From assembly GCF_963921235.1 (NCBI RefSeq), contig NC_086097.1, forward strand, positions 31,002,001 through 31,066,000: a stretch of 64,000 bases of DNA, read 5' to 3'. The number at the start of each line of letters is the position of its first letter. Positions within the stretch are counted from its first letter, which is position 1. The position numbers were made by a program, and so were the translations under genes. Below the pieces are notes generated by a model, which was not told where the DNA came from, did not search any database, and saw only the letters and a list, made by a program, of their open reading frames with translations. Source of the stretch: Mobula hypostoma (taxonomy: Eukaryota). Positions 11,075 to 24,320 of this stretch are shown here, piece by piece.

Positions 11075-13940
11075 AGACCATAAGACATAGGAGCAAAATT
11101 AGCCCATTTGGCCCATCGAGTCTTCTCCACCATTTCATTATGGCTGATCTAATTTTCCTCTCAGCCCCAATCTCCTGCTTTCTCCCCATATCCCTTCAGG
11201 CCATGACCAGTCAAGAATCTATCAACCTCTTCCTTAAATATACATAAAGACTTGGCTTCCACAGCTGACTGTGGCAAAGAATTCCACAGATTTACCTCAA
11301 ACAGGCTAAAAGAATTCCTCCTCATCTCTGTTAGAAAAGGATGCCCCTCTGTTCTGAGGCTGTGTCCTTTGGTCTTATAGACTCTCCCATCAAAGGAAAC
11401 ATCCTCTCCACATCCACTCTATCAAAGCCTTTCACCATTCAATAGGTTTCAATGAGGTTACCCCTCATTCTTCTGAATTCTTGTGAATACAGGCACAGAG
11501 CCATCAGCTGCTCTTCATGATAAGCCATTCAATCCTGGAATCATTTTCGTGAACCTCCTTTGAACCCTCTCCAGTTTCAGCACATCGTTTCTAAGATAAG
11601 GAGCCCACACCTGCTCATAATACTCCAAGTGCGGTCTCACCAGTGCTTTATAAAGTTTCAATATTACATACTTGTTTTTATATTCTAGTCTTCTTGAAAT
11701 GAATGCTAACATTGCATTTGCCTTCCTCACCACAGACACAACTTGCAAATTAACCTTTAGGGGACCCTGCACAAGGACTCTATAGTCCCTTTGCACCTCA
11801 GTTTTTTATATTTTCTCTCCATTTAAAAAAGTCAACACTTTCATTTCTTCTACCAAAGTGCATGATCATGAACTTCCCAACACTGTATTCCATCTGCCAT
11901 TTCTTTACCCACTCTCCTAATCTGTCTAAGTTCTTCTGTAGTTTCCCTACTCCCTCAGCACTACCTGCCTATCCACCTATCTTCATATCGTCTGCAAACT
12001 TTGCAGCAAAACCATCCAAATCATTGACATATAACATTAAAAGAATTGGTCCCAACACAGACCCCTATGGAACACCACTTAATTACCAGCAGCCAGTCAG
12101 ACAAAGTTCCCTTCATTCCAACTCTTTGCCTCCTGCCAGTCAGCCTCTGCTTTACCCACGCTAGAATCTTTCCTGTAATACCACGGGCTCGTAGCTTGTT
12201 AAGCAGCCTCATGTGTGGCACCTTGTCAAAGGCCTTCTAAAAATCCAAGTACACGTCAACTAATTTTACTTTGTCCATCCTGCTTGTTATTTCTTCAATG
12301 AATTCCAGCAGATTTGTCAAGCAAGATTTTCCCTTGAGGAAATCTATTTTATCATGTGTCTCCAAGTATCCAAAAACCTCCCTCCCTTCTTCAAGAAAGG
12401 AGTGACATTTGCAGAACTATTCCAGATTCTAATGATTCTTGAAAGATCATCACTAATGCCTCCATGATCTCTTCAGCCACCTCTTTCAAAGCTCTGGGGT
12501 GTACACTATCTGGTTCAAGTGACTTTCTATCTTCAGACCTTTCAACTTCCCAAGAACATTCTCTCTAGTTATGGTAACTTCACACACATCATGGTCCCTG
12601 ACCCCTGGAACTGCCACCACACTGCTAGTGTATTCCACAGTGACGACTGATGCTAAATACGTATTCAATTCATTTGCTATTTTCTTGTCCTCCATTACTA
12701 CCTCTCCAGCATTATTTTCCAGTGGTCCAATATCCACTCTCACCCCTCTTTTACACTTTATGTATCTGAAGAAACCTTTGGTATCCTCTTTAATATTATT
12801 GGCTAGCTTACTTTCATGTTCCTTCTTTACCTTCTTAATGACTTTTTAGTTACCTTCTGTTGGTTTTTAAAAGCTTCCCAATCTTCTAATTTCCCACTAA
12901 TTTTTGCTCTATTATATGCCCTCTCTTTGTCTTTTACGTTGGCTTTGACTTCTCCTGTTAGCCATAGTTGTGTCATCTTTCCTTTAGAATACTTCTTTCT
13001 TTTTGGGATGTAAATATCCTGTGCCTTATGAATTACTTCCAGAAATTCCAGCCATTGCCACTCTGCCATCATCGCTGCCAAGTGTTCTTTTCCAATCAAT
13101 TCTGGCCAGCTCCTCACAGCCCTGCAGGTCTTGCCTTTAACATAGCACCTAACTCCCTATGCAGAACCTCATCATTCATCTTACCCATGTCATTGGTACC
13201 TACATGGACAACGACTTCTGGCTGTTCACCCTCCCACTTAAGAATGCTGAGGACTGTATCTGAGATATCCCGGATTCTAGAACCGGGTGGGGGGGGGGGT
13301 GCCACCATACCATCCAGGAATCTCGTTCTTGTTCTCAGAACTTCCTGTTCGTTCCCCTAATGAATCCCCCATCACAACAGCGTGCCTCTTCTTCCCCCTT
13401 CTCTTCTGAGTCACAGAGGCAGACTCAGTGCCAGAGACCTGACTACTGAGACTTTTCTCTGTTAGGTCATCCCACCTCCCCCCGACAGTATCCAAACTGC
13501 TATACCTGTTGTTGAGGGGACAGCCACAGGGCTACTCTGCACTGGCTCCTTAACCCCTTTCCCCTTCCTGACTGTCACCCAGTTTCCAGTGTCCTGCACT
13601 GTGAGTGTAACTACTTCTCTCTAGGTCCTATCTATTACCCTTTCAGCCTCCCAAATGATCCAGAGTTCATCCAGTTCTGGCTCCAACTCCTTAATGCAGT
13701 TTGTTAGAAGCTACAGCCGTATGCACTTCTCGCAGTTGTAGTGATCAGGGATACTGGAGGTCTCCCTGCCTTCCCACATCCCACGAGAGGAACATTGCAC
13801 TACCCTGCCTCTCATCTCCACCTAGCTGAGCAGATATAAATAAGAGAAGGAAAAAACCTAAGCTTCTCTTGCCTTTGCTTTTTCTGAGTGGAGCCTCAAA
13901 GAGCGAAAGCCTTAAGATCACCACTCTGACAACAGCCTCT
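11075..13940 (-). mobile_element. CR1 LINE with 5' end, ORF1, RT and 3' tail, but an internal deletion of the endonuclease region
   Basis: Antisense TCTTATGGTCT tail at ~11075. RT motifs LYKALVRPHLEY and DIGPLENNAGEVVM. ORF1 joins directly to mid-ORF2 at ~13115. Confidence 0.92.
13114..13815 (-). pseudogene. CR1 ORF1 remnant: Cys-rich N-terminus, coiled coil and SGNH/GDSL esterase-like domain
   Basis: Minus-strand pieces VQCSS.GMWEGRETSSIPDHYNCEKC, RHAVVMGDS and EGEQPEVVVHVGTND (esterase blocks GDS and GTND), with frameshifts. Confidence 0.85.
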
Positions 13941-14463
13941 GCAGCGATTAGTGGGAAGTTAGAGGACTGGGAAACTTTTAAAACACAACAGAAAGCAACT
14001 AAAAAAGCAATAAGGAGAGAAACAATGAAATATGAAGGTAAGTTAGCCAACAATATAAAGATGATACAAAAATTTTTTCAGCTATATAAAGTGTAAAAGA
14101 GAGTGGATATCAGACAGTGGAAAAGGACACTGGGAAGGTAGTAATGGGGGACATTACTTAAGTATTTTGTATCAGTCATTACTGTGGAAGACTCTAGCAG
14201 TATGCCCGAAATTTGAAAGTGCCAGGGGACAGAAGTGAATTAGTTGCTGTTACTAAGGAGCTGGTGCTTGGAAAGCTGAAAGGTCTGAAGGTAGGTAAGC
14301 CACCCTATGGAGTACACCCAGGGTTCTGAAAGAGGTGGGTGAAAAAATTTTGCAGGCATTAGTAATAAGAATCACTGGACTTTGTAACGGTTCTAGAGGA
14401 CTGGAAAAGTGCAAAATGATACTCTACTTTATAAAAAGGGAGGCAAAAGAAAGGAAATTATAG

Positions 14464-14661
14464 AAAACATGAAAAAATCTGCAGATACTGGAAATCCAAA
14501 GCAACACACAAAAAATGCTGGTGGAATTCACCAGGCCAGCAGCAGACTTCTCCTCTTTATTTCCAGTCCTGATGAAGGGTCTTGGCCCAAAACATCGACT
14601 GTTTACTCTTTTCCATAGGTGTCTGGCCTGCTGATTTCCTCCAACATTTTCCGTGTGTTGC
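14464..14661 (+). mobile_element. 198-bp Penelope-like (PLE) cassette: inverted 3'-end copy plus direct 3' end with hammerhead motif
   Basis: Flanked by AAAGGAAATTATAG (14450-14463) / AAAGGAAAATATAG (14662-14675) inside CR1. Arms 14501-14539 and 14623-14661 are inverted. Confidence 0.85.
14564..14601 (+). ncRNA. Minimal type-I hammerhead ribozyme motif, degenerate
   Basis: CAGTC-CTGATGA-A-GGGT-CTTG-GCCC-AAAAC-ATC-GACTG. Stems I and II pair; GAAA is mutated to AAAA. Confidence 0.75.
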
Positions 14662-16732
14662 AAAGGAAAATATAGGTTAGTTAGCCTGCCATCAGTGGTG
14701 GCATCCATTATTAAGGATGAGGTTTCGGAGAACTTGAAGGAACATGATAAAATAGGCCAAAGTCAGCAGAATTTCCTTAAGACGAAATCATGCCTGACTA
14801 ATCGGTTACAATTCATTGAAAAAAATAACATGCAAGATAGACAGAGGAGAATTGGTGAATGTTGTGTAGTTAGATTTTCAGAAGGTCTTTGAAAAAGTGA
14901 TGCACATGAGGCTGCTTAACAAGATGCACAAGAGCCCATGGTATTACAAGAAAGATACTAACATGAACAAAAGATTGGCTGACTGGCAGCAGGCAAAGAA
15001 TGTGAATAAAAGGAGCCTTTTCTGGTTGGCTGCTAATGACTAGTAGTGTTCCACAGGGGTCGGTGTTGGGACCGTTTCTTTTCAGGTTATATGTCAATGA
15101 TTTGGATGATCGTTTTGCAGCCAAGATTGTGGACAACAGAAAGATAGGTAGAGAGCAGGCATTGTTGAAGAAGCAGTGAGTCTGCAGAAAGAATTAGACA
15201 GACTGGGAGAAAGGAAGAAAGTAGCAGATGGAATATAGTGTCAGGAAGGACAGGCAGGTCGGCAGAGGGGGTGGAGCGGTTCTGTTGGTAAAAAATGAAA
15301 TCAAATCATTAGAAAGAGGTGACATAGGATTGGAAGGTGTAGGATCATTGTGGGTAGAGCTAAGGAGCTGCAACTGTAAAAAGACCCTGATCAGAGTTAT
15401 ATTTAGATTTCTGAGCAGTGGCAAAGACGTGGTCTATAAAGTACAACAAGAGAGAGTAAAGGCATATCAAAAAGTAATGTTACAATAGTCATACGGGATT
15501 TCAATATGCAGATAGATTGGGAAAATCAGGTTAGTGTTGGATCCCAAGAGAGGGAATTTGTAGAATGTCTATGAGATGGCTTTTTAGGGTAGCTTGTGGT
15601 TGAGCCCACTATGAGATCAGCTGTTCTGTATTGGGTGTTGTGCAACAAATCAGAATTGATTTGAAAGCATAAGGTAAAGGAACCCTTAGGGAACAGTGAT
15701 CTTAATATGATAGAATTCACCCTGCAATTTCTGACGGAGAAGCTAAAGTCAGAGGCATGAGAGAAGAGCTGGCCAAAATTGATTGGAAGGGACCACAAGC
15801 AGGGATGATGGCAAAGCAGCAATGGCTGGAATTTCTGGGAGCAAATTGGAAGGCACAGGATAGATACATCCCAAAGAAGAAGTATTCTAAAGGCAGGATG
15901 ACTCACACGTCGTTGACAAAAGAAGTCAAAGCCAACATAAAAGCCAGAGAAGGCATATAAGAGAGCAAAAATTAGCGAGAAGTTAGAGAATTGGGAAGCT
16001 TTTAAAAACTAACAGAAGACAACTAAAAGTCATAAAGAAGGAAAAGATGGAATACGAAGTTAAGCTAGCCAATAATATTAAAGAGGATACCAAAAGTTTC
16101 TTCAGATACATAAAGTGTAAAAGAGGGACGAGATTGGATATTGGACCACTGGAAAATGATGCTGGAGAGGTAGTAATGGGGGACAATGAAATAGCAAACA
16201 AATTGAATAGTATTTTGCATCATTCTTCACTGTGGAAGACACTAGCAGAATGATGGAAGTTCTAGGTGTCAGGGGTCATGAAGTGTGTGAAGTTACCATA
16301 TATACAGAGAATGTTCTTGGATAGCTAAATGGTCTAAAGGTAGATAAGTCACCTGCGCCAGATAGTGTAGACCCCAGAGTTCTGAAAGAGGTGGCTGAAG
16401 AGATTGTGGAGGCTCTAGTGATGATCTTTCAGGAATCATTAGATTCTGGAATGGTTCTGGAAGACTGGAAAATTGCAAACGTCACTCCACTCTCGAAGAA
16501 GGGAGGAAGGCAGAAGAAAGGAAACTATACACCAGTTAATCTGACATCAGGGGTTGGAAAGATGTTGGAGTCAATTGTTAAGGATGTGATTTTGGGGTAC
16601 TTGGAAGAACATAATAAAATAGGCACAAGTCAGCATGATTTCCTTAAAGAAAATTATTGCTTGACAAATCTTTTGGAATTCGTTGAAGAAGTAACAACCA
16701 GGACAGACATAGAGGAATCCATTAATGTCGTC

Positions 16733-17266
16733 TGTTAGAGTGGATTTTTTTGGGTAGATGATTTGTTTACACTTAAATGACTTCTATTTTAACTGTTTGA
16801 CAAAGGACTGTGGATTGAGTCCACCACAATGGGCTTCCTAAAAGGTATAAATACCAGATGCTTCTGGTGCCTGATGCTGTAGTTTCGAAGACAGTATTAT
16901 CTATACATTATAAATATTAATTGTCTTCCATGTTAGCACGTAAAATGCCAAATAAATGTATTGTGGATTGAACTAAAGGCTGTGGATACCAACACAGACA
17001 TGTTGGTGTCGGAATGAAAGGATAGTGTGATATTTTGTATGTAACTTCAAAGGGAAGCATTGTCTATGCACTGTCTGTAACTTTTAAGTAGCGATTGCCT
17101 TTGTGTTTAGCATATAAATATCGAGCCCACATTTAGCTAGCAGACCTTTCTGCGGAAAGCGTCTCCATCTGTATGATGCCTGCTGTAGCTTGTTGTGTCA
17201 AATAAAGAAGCTGCTTTTATCTACCAGTGACTCTGTCTCTCCGATGATTTCATCCACGCTACAACA
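16733..17266 (+). mobile_element. Solo LTR, 534 bp, inserted in CR1
   Basis: TGTT...AACA termini; TATAAATA at 17113; AATAAA at 17201; flanks TCGTC / TCATG, each one change from a 5-bp TSD TCGTG. The CR1 RT sequence continues across it. Confidence 0.85.
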
Positions 17267-18410
17267 TCATGTACTTGGATAGAAGGCCTTTGACAAGGGG
17301 CCATACATGAGGCTGCTAAACAAGTTAAAAGCCCATGGTATTTCAAGAAAGATACTAGCATGGATAGAACAATGGTTGACTGGCTGGATGCAAAGAGTGG
17401 GAATAAAAGGAGCCTTTTCTGTTGGACAGCCAGTGACTAGTGGTGTTCCACAGGGGCCTGGGTTGTGATCGCTTCTTTTTACACTATATATCAATGATCT
17501 GGATGACGGAATTGATGCCTTTGTGGCCAAGTTTGCAGACAATACGAAGACAGGTGGCGGGGCAGGTAGTGTTGAGGAAGCAGAGAGGCTATAGAAGCAC
17601 TTAGACAGATTAGGAGAATGGTCAACAAAGTGGCATTTTGGAATACAGTGTCAGGAAGTGTATGGTCAGGCACATTGGTAGAAGAAATAAAATGGTAGAC
17701 TATTTTCTAAATGGAGAGAAAACTTAAAAATCTGAGGTGCAAAGGGACTTGGAAGTCCTTGCGCAGGATTCCCTAAAGGTTACTTTGCAGGTTGTATCGA
17801 TGGTGAGGAAGGCAAATGCAGTGTTAGCATTAATTTTGAGAGGACTAGAATATAAAAGTAAAGATGTAATTTTGAGGCTTATAAGGCGCTGGGAATATTG
17901 TGAGCAGTTTTGGGCCCCTTATCTAAGAAAGGATATGTTGACATTGGAGAGAGTTCAAAAGAGTTTCACAAAAATGGATCTGTGTTTGAAAAGCTTATCA
18001 TATGTGGAGCATTTGATGGCTCTGGGCCTGTACTCACTGGAATTCAGAAGTATGGGGGTGGGGTGGAATCTCATTGAAACCTATCAAATTGAAAAGCACC
18101 AATAGAATGGATTATAGAGGATGGTTCCTATGGTGAGGGATGTCCATTTAGAACAGAGATGAGCTGAAAATTTCTTTAGCCAGAGACTGGTAAATCCAAG
18201 GAATTCCTTGGCACAGGCAGCTGTGGAGGCCAAGACATTGGGTATATTTAATGCAGAGGTTGATATATTCTTGATTAGTTAGGACATGAAGGCATACGGG
18301 GAGAAGGCAGGAGATCTGGGCTGAGAGGGAAATGGATCAGCCATGATGAAATGGCAGAGCAGATTCAATGAGCTAAATGGCCTAATTCTGCTCCTATATC
18401 TTATGGTCTA

Positions 18411-18812
18411 CTCCCAATTCTGCTGACCCCTTCATCCCTTCTCTTCTCCTTACCTGCCCATCACCTCCCTTTGGTTCCCTTCCTCCTTCCCTTTCTCCCA
18501 TGGTCCACTCTCCTCTCCTGTCAGATTCCTCCTTTTTCAGCCCTCCCACCTTCTCACTTCATCTCCCTGCATCAACCACCCATTTTCCCATTCACCTGGT
18601 CTCACCTATCTCCAGCCAGCTTGTAGTCCTGTCCCTCTCCCCACCTTCTTATTCTGGCTTCTTCCACTTTCCTTTCCAATGCTGATGAAGGGTCTTGGCT
18701 TGGAAATATCAACTGTTTATTCCCTTTCAGAGATGTTGCCTGATTTGCTGAGCTCCTGCAGCATTTTGTGTGCGTTTCTCTGGATTTCCAGCATCGACAG
18801 AATCTCTAGTGT
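18411..18812 (+). mobile_element. PLE 3' end (pyrimidine-rich tract plus degenerate hammerhead at ~18676-18714)
   Basis: CTGATGAAGGGTCTTGGCTTGGAAATATCAACTG followed by the shared ...GCTGAG.TCCT.CAGCATTTTGTGTG tail. Confidence 0.75.
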
Positions 18813-20492
18813 CCTTTACCTCACAACCTATTTCATTAAAGACGTTGCACTTTATTCTGCACCCTGTTATTGTTTTCCCTTGTACTGATTCAACACACTG
18901 TTATAATGAACAGATTTGTATGGATGGTATGCAAGACTAAATTTTGATTGCACATGTGTTCATATGTGACAATAATAAGCCAATTGAGCAATTTACTGGG
19001 CTGTTTCAGACCACTGAGGTGACTCAGCTGCGATAAAGTCTCACTGGTATGTTAGTTTTCATTGACCAAATTATATCTATATTTAGGAATTAGGAATGTC
19101 AGGAGGGGCCGTGAAAAGTCCTTGGCAAGTCGGATTAAAGACAGTCCCAAGGCATTCTACACATACATCAAGAGAAAGAGGATAACTAGGAAGCGGGTAG
19201 GGCCACAAGGATAAAGGGAAGAACACTTGCTTGTATGCAGATGATATGGGTGAGGTCCTTAATGAATACTTTACATCAGTATTTACCAAGGAGGAGAATA
19301 TGGAGGGTAGGGAGATCAGTGTTGAGTGGATTAATGGTGCAAAGGCATTAAAGGAGGAGGTATTGTTGGGTCTCTTAAAGAGCATTAAGGGGGATGCCCT
19401 CAGGGCCTTATGGGATATGCCCCAGGTTACTGTGAGGGGCAAGGGATGAGATTGCTGGGGCCTTGACCAATATCTTCGTGTCCTCTCTAGCCATAGGTGA
19501 GGTCGTGGAGGAGTGGTGAGTAGCTAATGTTGTTCCATTGTTCAAGAAAGAAACCAGTGATAATCCTGGTAACTATAGACTGGAGAGTCTCAAGTCAATG
19601 CTAGGGAAGCTACTAGAGAGAATTATTGGAGATAGGATTTGTAAGCTTTTGGAAAACTATGGCTTAATTAGGGAGTCAGCATGCCTTTGTATGGGGCAAG
19701 TTATGTCTTTTAAGTTGATTGAGTTTTTGACAAGGTGATGAGGATTTTTGATCAAGGGAGAGCTGTGGATATTGTCTACATGGATTCTAGTAAGACGTTT
19801 GAAAAGGTCCTCATGTGAGGACTGTCCAGAAGATTAAGTTGCATGGGATCCATGCTGAATTGGCCGTTTGGATTCAGAAATGGCTTGCCTGTAGAAGACA
19901 TAGGGTGGTGGTTGAAGGAATTGTTTTAGCTGGAGGTCTGTGATTAGTGGCATTCCACAAGGTTCTGTAATGGGACCTTTGTAATGCATATAAATGACCT
20001 GGATGAAAATGTAGACGGGTGGGTTAAATTTGCAGATAATACAAAAATTGGTGGTGCTGTGGATAATGTAGCAGACTGGCAAAATATACAGTGGGATATA
20101 GATCAGTTGTATATATGGGCAGAGAAATGGTAGATGGAGTTTAACCCGGACAAATGTGAGGTGTTACACCTTGGTGCATCAAATGTAAAGAGACAGTACA
20201 TTGTTAAAAAAAATCCTTAAGAGTGTTGATCAGAGGGATCTTGGGGTCCAAGTTCATAGTTCCTTGAAGGTAGCCACACGGGTTGATAGGGTGGTAAAGA
20301 AGGCATATTACATGCTCGCCTTTATTAGTCAAGGCACTCAGTTCAAAAGTTAGGACGTTATGTTGCAGCTCTATAAAAGTCAGGATGTTAGGCTGCATCT
20401 GGATACAGTTTTGGTCACCCCATATAAAATGTCAAGGCTTTGGAGAGGGTGTAGAAGAGATTTACCAGGATGCTGCCTGCCTAGAGGGCATA

Positions 20493-21912
20493 CACCCTAT
20501 CTTCGTTATATGCGTCTTCAGACAATGCAGATTCACAGTTATGCGTCGAACCTATTTCTACCAACTTCTCCTTATATGTGTCCAAAACTCACAGTTATGC
20601 AAGGCTGTTGGGATGAGAAGCACCACTTTCCTGCCAATACAAGCCGCGTGCGCACGCCTCGCAGTCTCACTCCCACCAGTCTCGCATTGGTTTTGGCAGC
20701 GTGTGGATGTGCGATCTTGCACTCTTAAACTTCTGTTGTTATTATCTATGGTGCACTGATTTTGTGCTTGAAATATTTAACTATGCCTCCTAAGTGTCCT
20801 ATGTCAAGTTCTGGGCCATCAGCCAAGCGGCAGAGAACCACTTTAACACTTGCAAAAAAGTTGGAAATTATAAACAGGGCCGCATCAGGTGAAGGTAACA
20901 CAGCTCCGGGACGCTACTTCGGCCTGGGTGAGTCCACGATCAGAAACGTAAAGAAAAATGCTGAGAAAATAAAAAAATGAATTGATTGATTCATCACGTG
21001 TCTTCAAAGACTATTACCAAAGTGCGTAACCCGATTATGACAAAAATGGAGAAAATGTTGAGTTTGTACATTGAGCATAAAACAAAGGGAAAAACAACAC
21101 TCAGTTCCAATCATCTTCATGTGAAAGCTTTGGAAATTTATGGTCGCCTTTGTTCAGAGGCTAGTGAGGAAGTGTCAAGTGATATTGTTAGCTTTAATGC
21201 AAGTAGGGGATAGTTTTCTAAGTTTGTTGATCGTCACAGGCTTCACAACTTAGCTGTGCGTGGTGGGCAAGCTAGTGCTGACCACTACCCTGTGCAGTTG
21301 CGGGCCATGATAGCTGAGTTAGGCATCACACCAAACCAAGTGTTTACTGCAGACGAGACTGGGCATTTCAGCCATTCCTTGCAGTCAATCTTCTTCACTA
21401 CAAGCAAATTTATACTGAAAAACAAAATGCTGCCAAGCAAACAACCCTCACCACTTTCTTCAAACTGGTGTCATCTCCTGCTGCCGGCAGTTCTGAGAGT
21501 TCTGTGAGTCTTCCTTCACCCCTTGCTGTCCTTGATGATCCTGATGACCCACAACCATCCATCTCATCCATGTAAAGCTGCCCAACACCACTGCACAACC
21601 ACTCATCTCCTGGAGCCAACACACCTGCCACTGTTGGTGAGTACTGTACACCCTAGTATGTTAACTTTCTATGATTTATTACGTTGAATATTACCTTAAA
21701 TTGATGAAATATAATACGAATGTTGCCTTGTGGTACTGCTTTTGTGTCGTATTGGTATGAAAATGTGAAGACATTACAGATAAAAAATATTTAGGAAGCC
21801 CTCCAGAACACATCCCGATTTTCTCCATTTATATAATTATTCACATTATGCGTTTTCCATACTATGCGTCGACTGTGAGGAACATATCCCCTGCATATAA
21901 CAGGATAGGGTG
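20493..21912 (+). mobile_element. Tigger/pogo DNA transposon, internally deleted, 1420 bp
   Basis: TIRs CACCCTATCTTCGTTATATGC / GCATATAACAGGATAGGGTG; TA at both flanks (20491-20492, 21913-21914). Confidence 0.93.
20783..21363 (+). pseudogene. Tigger/CENP-B-type transposase N-terminal half (psq HTH and CENP-B HTH, ending at the first catalytic motif ADETG)
   Basis: MPPKCP...KRQRTTLTLAKKLEII...GLGESTIRNVKKN; MEKMLSLYIE; FNASRG*F; QVFTADETG. Contains a frameshift and stops. Confidence 0.9.
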
Positions 21913-22399
21913 TAACAAGAGGTTGGACAATCCTGGTTTGTTTCCTCTTGAGTGGTGGAGGCTGAGGGGAGATCTGATAGATGTTCATAAGATGAAATGA
22001 GACACAGACAGAGTAGACACAATATATTGTTCTCAGGGTTGAAATGTCTAATACCAGAGGGCATGCATTTCAGATGAGAGGGGGTGAACTCAAAGGAGAT
22101 GTGAGGAGCAAGGTTTTTTTTTACACAGAGAGTAGTGTGTGCTTGGGGAAGTGGTACAGGCAGATACATTAGGGAATTTTAAGAGATGTTTAGATGGGCA
22201 CATGAATGTGTGGGAAATGGAAGGATATGGACATTGTGTAGGCAGAAGGGATTAAGTCTGATTACTAATTTAATTGGTCTGGCACAACGCCGTGGGTCAA
22301 AGGGCCTGTTCTATGTACTATGTTCTATCCTTGCAGCAATATCTGTTTCCCCACCTTTTCCTGTAGCCTCTTGCTCAGGTTTAATAAGAAATTGGCCAG

Positions 22400-22938
22400 G
22401 CAGCACTTAGAATATTGTGAGCAGTTTGGCTCCCCAATCTGGCATTGAAGAGGGTCCAAAGGAAATTCACAAGAACCATCTGAAAGGGTTAACATATGAG
22501 GAATGTTTGATGGCTCTGGACCTGTACTGACTGGAGTTTAGAAGAATGAGGGGGAATCTCATTGAAACCTATTGAAACCTATCAAGGCCTTGATAGAGTG
22601 GGTGTGGTGAGGATATTTCCTGTAATGGAGGAGTATAGGACCAGAGGGCACAGACTCAGAATACAAGGACATCTTTTAGAACAGACATGAGGAGGAATTT
22701 CTTTAGCCAGAAGGTGGTGAATCTATGGAATTTATTGCCACAGACGGCTATGGAGGTCAAATCACTGGGTTTACTTAAAGCAGAAGTAGATAGGTTCTTG
22801 ATTAGTAAGGCCATCAAAAGTTACGGGGAGAAGGCTGGAGAAACGGGTTGAGGGGGATAATAAATCAGCCATGATAGAATGGTGGAGCAGACTTGATAGG
22901 CTGAATAGCCTAATTCTGCTCCTTTGTCTTATGGTCTC
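22400..22938 (+). mobile_element. CR1 3' fragment
   Basis: Homologous to 17890-18410, ending TCTTATGGTCT. Confidence 0.8.
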
Positions 22939-23629
22939 TGGCAATTTAAAAAGGAGGCAGAGTTCCACTCCTCTGCCCAAATTCCTCAGCCTCTATTATT
23001 TAGCAACACATGTGAAAAATTTGCATTTCAAATGGAATGAGAGCAGGGTTGCTATTATATTTTGCATGCAGATTATTGGTGACATAAAGAAGACACCAAA
23101 GTACTTGCTGGTTGAACAAGAGGAGCGGAAAACGGCCTGAAGAAATTTTGCAATGTTCTAACGATTCCCTGTCTAGTGGCCCGTGTGTCTCTCAGCCAGA
23201 TGGTCGATAGTTGCAAGGAGAGAGGCTTCCAACTAAATCTGCCACTTCCAATCAATCAGCAGAAACCCAGTGTTCTCTGTAGCAGTTAGATTTCAGTCAG
23301 ATATGTCTTTAACTTCCGTGCACACCGAGCTCTCCCGCATTGCAGTGAATAACTTCAAAGTAATTTTGCAGCTCTATAAAACTCTGGTTAGGTGGCACTT
23401 GGAATGTTCTCAGCCCAAGACATTGGCTCTTTATTCCTCTCCATAGATGCAGCTTGACCTGCTGAGTTCCTCCAGATAGTGTCTGTGTTGCTCAGGTGGT
23501 AGAGGCAGATATATTAGGGACATCTATCAGACTCTTAGATTGGTAGGTGCATGATAGAAAAATGGAGGGCTATGTGGGAGTGGAGGGTTAGGTGGATCAT
23601 AGAGTAGGATAATACAGGTCAGTACAACA

Positions 23630-24320
23630 TCAAGTTCAAGTTTAAATTCATTGTCATCTGCGTGTATCTATGTATAATCAAACAAAACAATGTTCCTCCA
23701 GACCATAGTGCACCCACAAAACATACATCACAAACAGCACATAAAATGAAAAATTACCATAAATAAGTTAATAAAATATAATTCAAGTGCATGTAGTGCA
23801 CAGCACAGGTAAACAGTAAACAACTTGCTGTCCTTTTGATGAGACCTTGGTGGTGGCAGGACATTCATTAGTCTCACAGCCTGAGGAAAGAAGCTGTAAC
23901 CCAGCCTGGCAGTTCTAGTCCTGATGCTCCTGTACCTTCTTCCTGACCTGTAGTGGGTCAAAGAAATTGTGGGATAGGTGGTAGGGATCCTCAACAATGC
24001 TTCGGGTCTTCATATACAATGCTCCCAGTAAATGTCACAAATGAAGGGGAGGGAGACCTCAGTGATTCTCTCGGTGGTCTTACTGTCATCTGTAGGGTCT
24101 TGTGGTCTGATGCCTTGCAGCTTCAGTACCACACAATGATGCAGCCAGACAGGACACTCTTAATGGTGCTCTCATAGCAAGTTGTTAGAATGGGAGAGAG
24201 GAGCCTTGCACACCTCAAGCTCCTCAAGGTGTAGGCTCTGCTATGCCTTCTTGAATAATGAGGAGGTTAGATCGTCTACCAAAACCGAACTCTTCACTCC
24301 CTCCATGGAAGAGCCATTGA
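23630..24320 (-). mobile_element. Rex1/Babar-type 3' fragment
   Basis: Minus ORF SGRRYRSIRTRTARLGYSFFPQAVRLMN; antisense (TTGAAC)n tail at ~23630. Confidence 0.8.

Larger units (their letters stand above)
13945..18410 (+). mobile_element. Two tandem CR1 ORF2 segments (13945-15248, then 15241-18410 running endonuclease > RT > 3' tail), decayed
   Basis: RKDRQVGRGGGAVLLVK (AP endonuclease), EDWKIANVTPL, GVPQG, AKFAD, and a TCTTATGGTCTA tail at ~18410. Confidence 0.92.
19085..22328 (+). mobile_element. 5'-truncated CR1 LINE (second subfamily), interrupted by a Tigger element
   Basis: EVLNEYFTSVFTKEE, FKK...NPGNYR, GIPQGS, KFADNTK; TTCTATG-type tail at ~22310-22328. Confidence 0.88.

Noticed and set aside
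20783..21363. Domesticated TIGD/CENP-B gene
   Set aside because: It has a frameshift and stops, is truncated at ADETG, and lies between TIRs and TA flanks inside a CR1.
23071..23140. Terminal host exon IIGDIKKTPKYLLVEQEERKTA* after TTTTGCATGCAG
   Set aside because: Weak acceptor, short, and no recognisable protein similarity; cannot be supported without RNA data.
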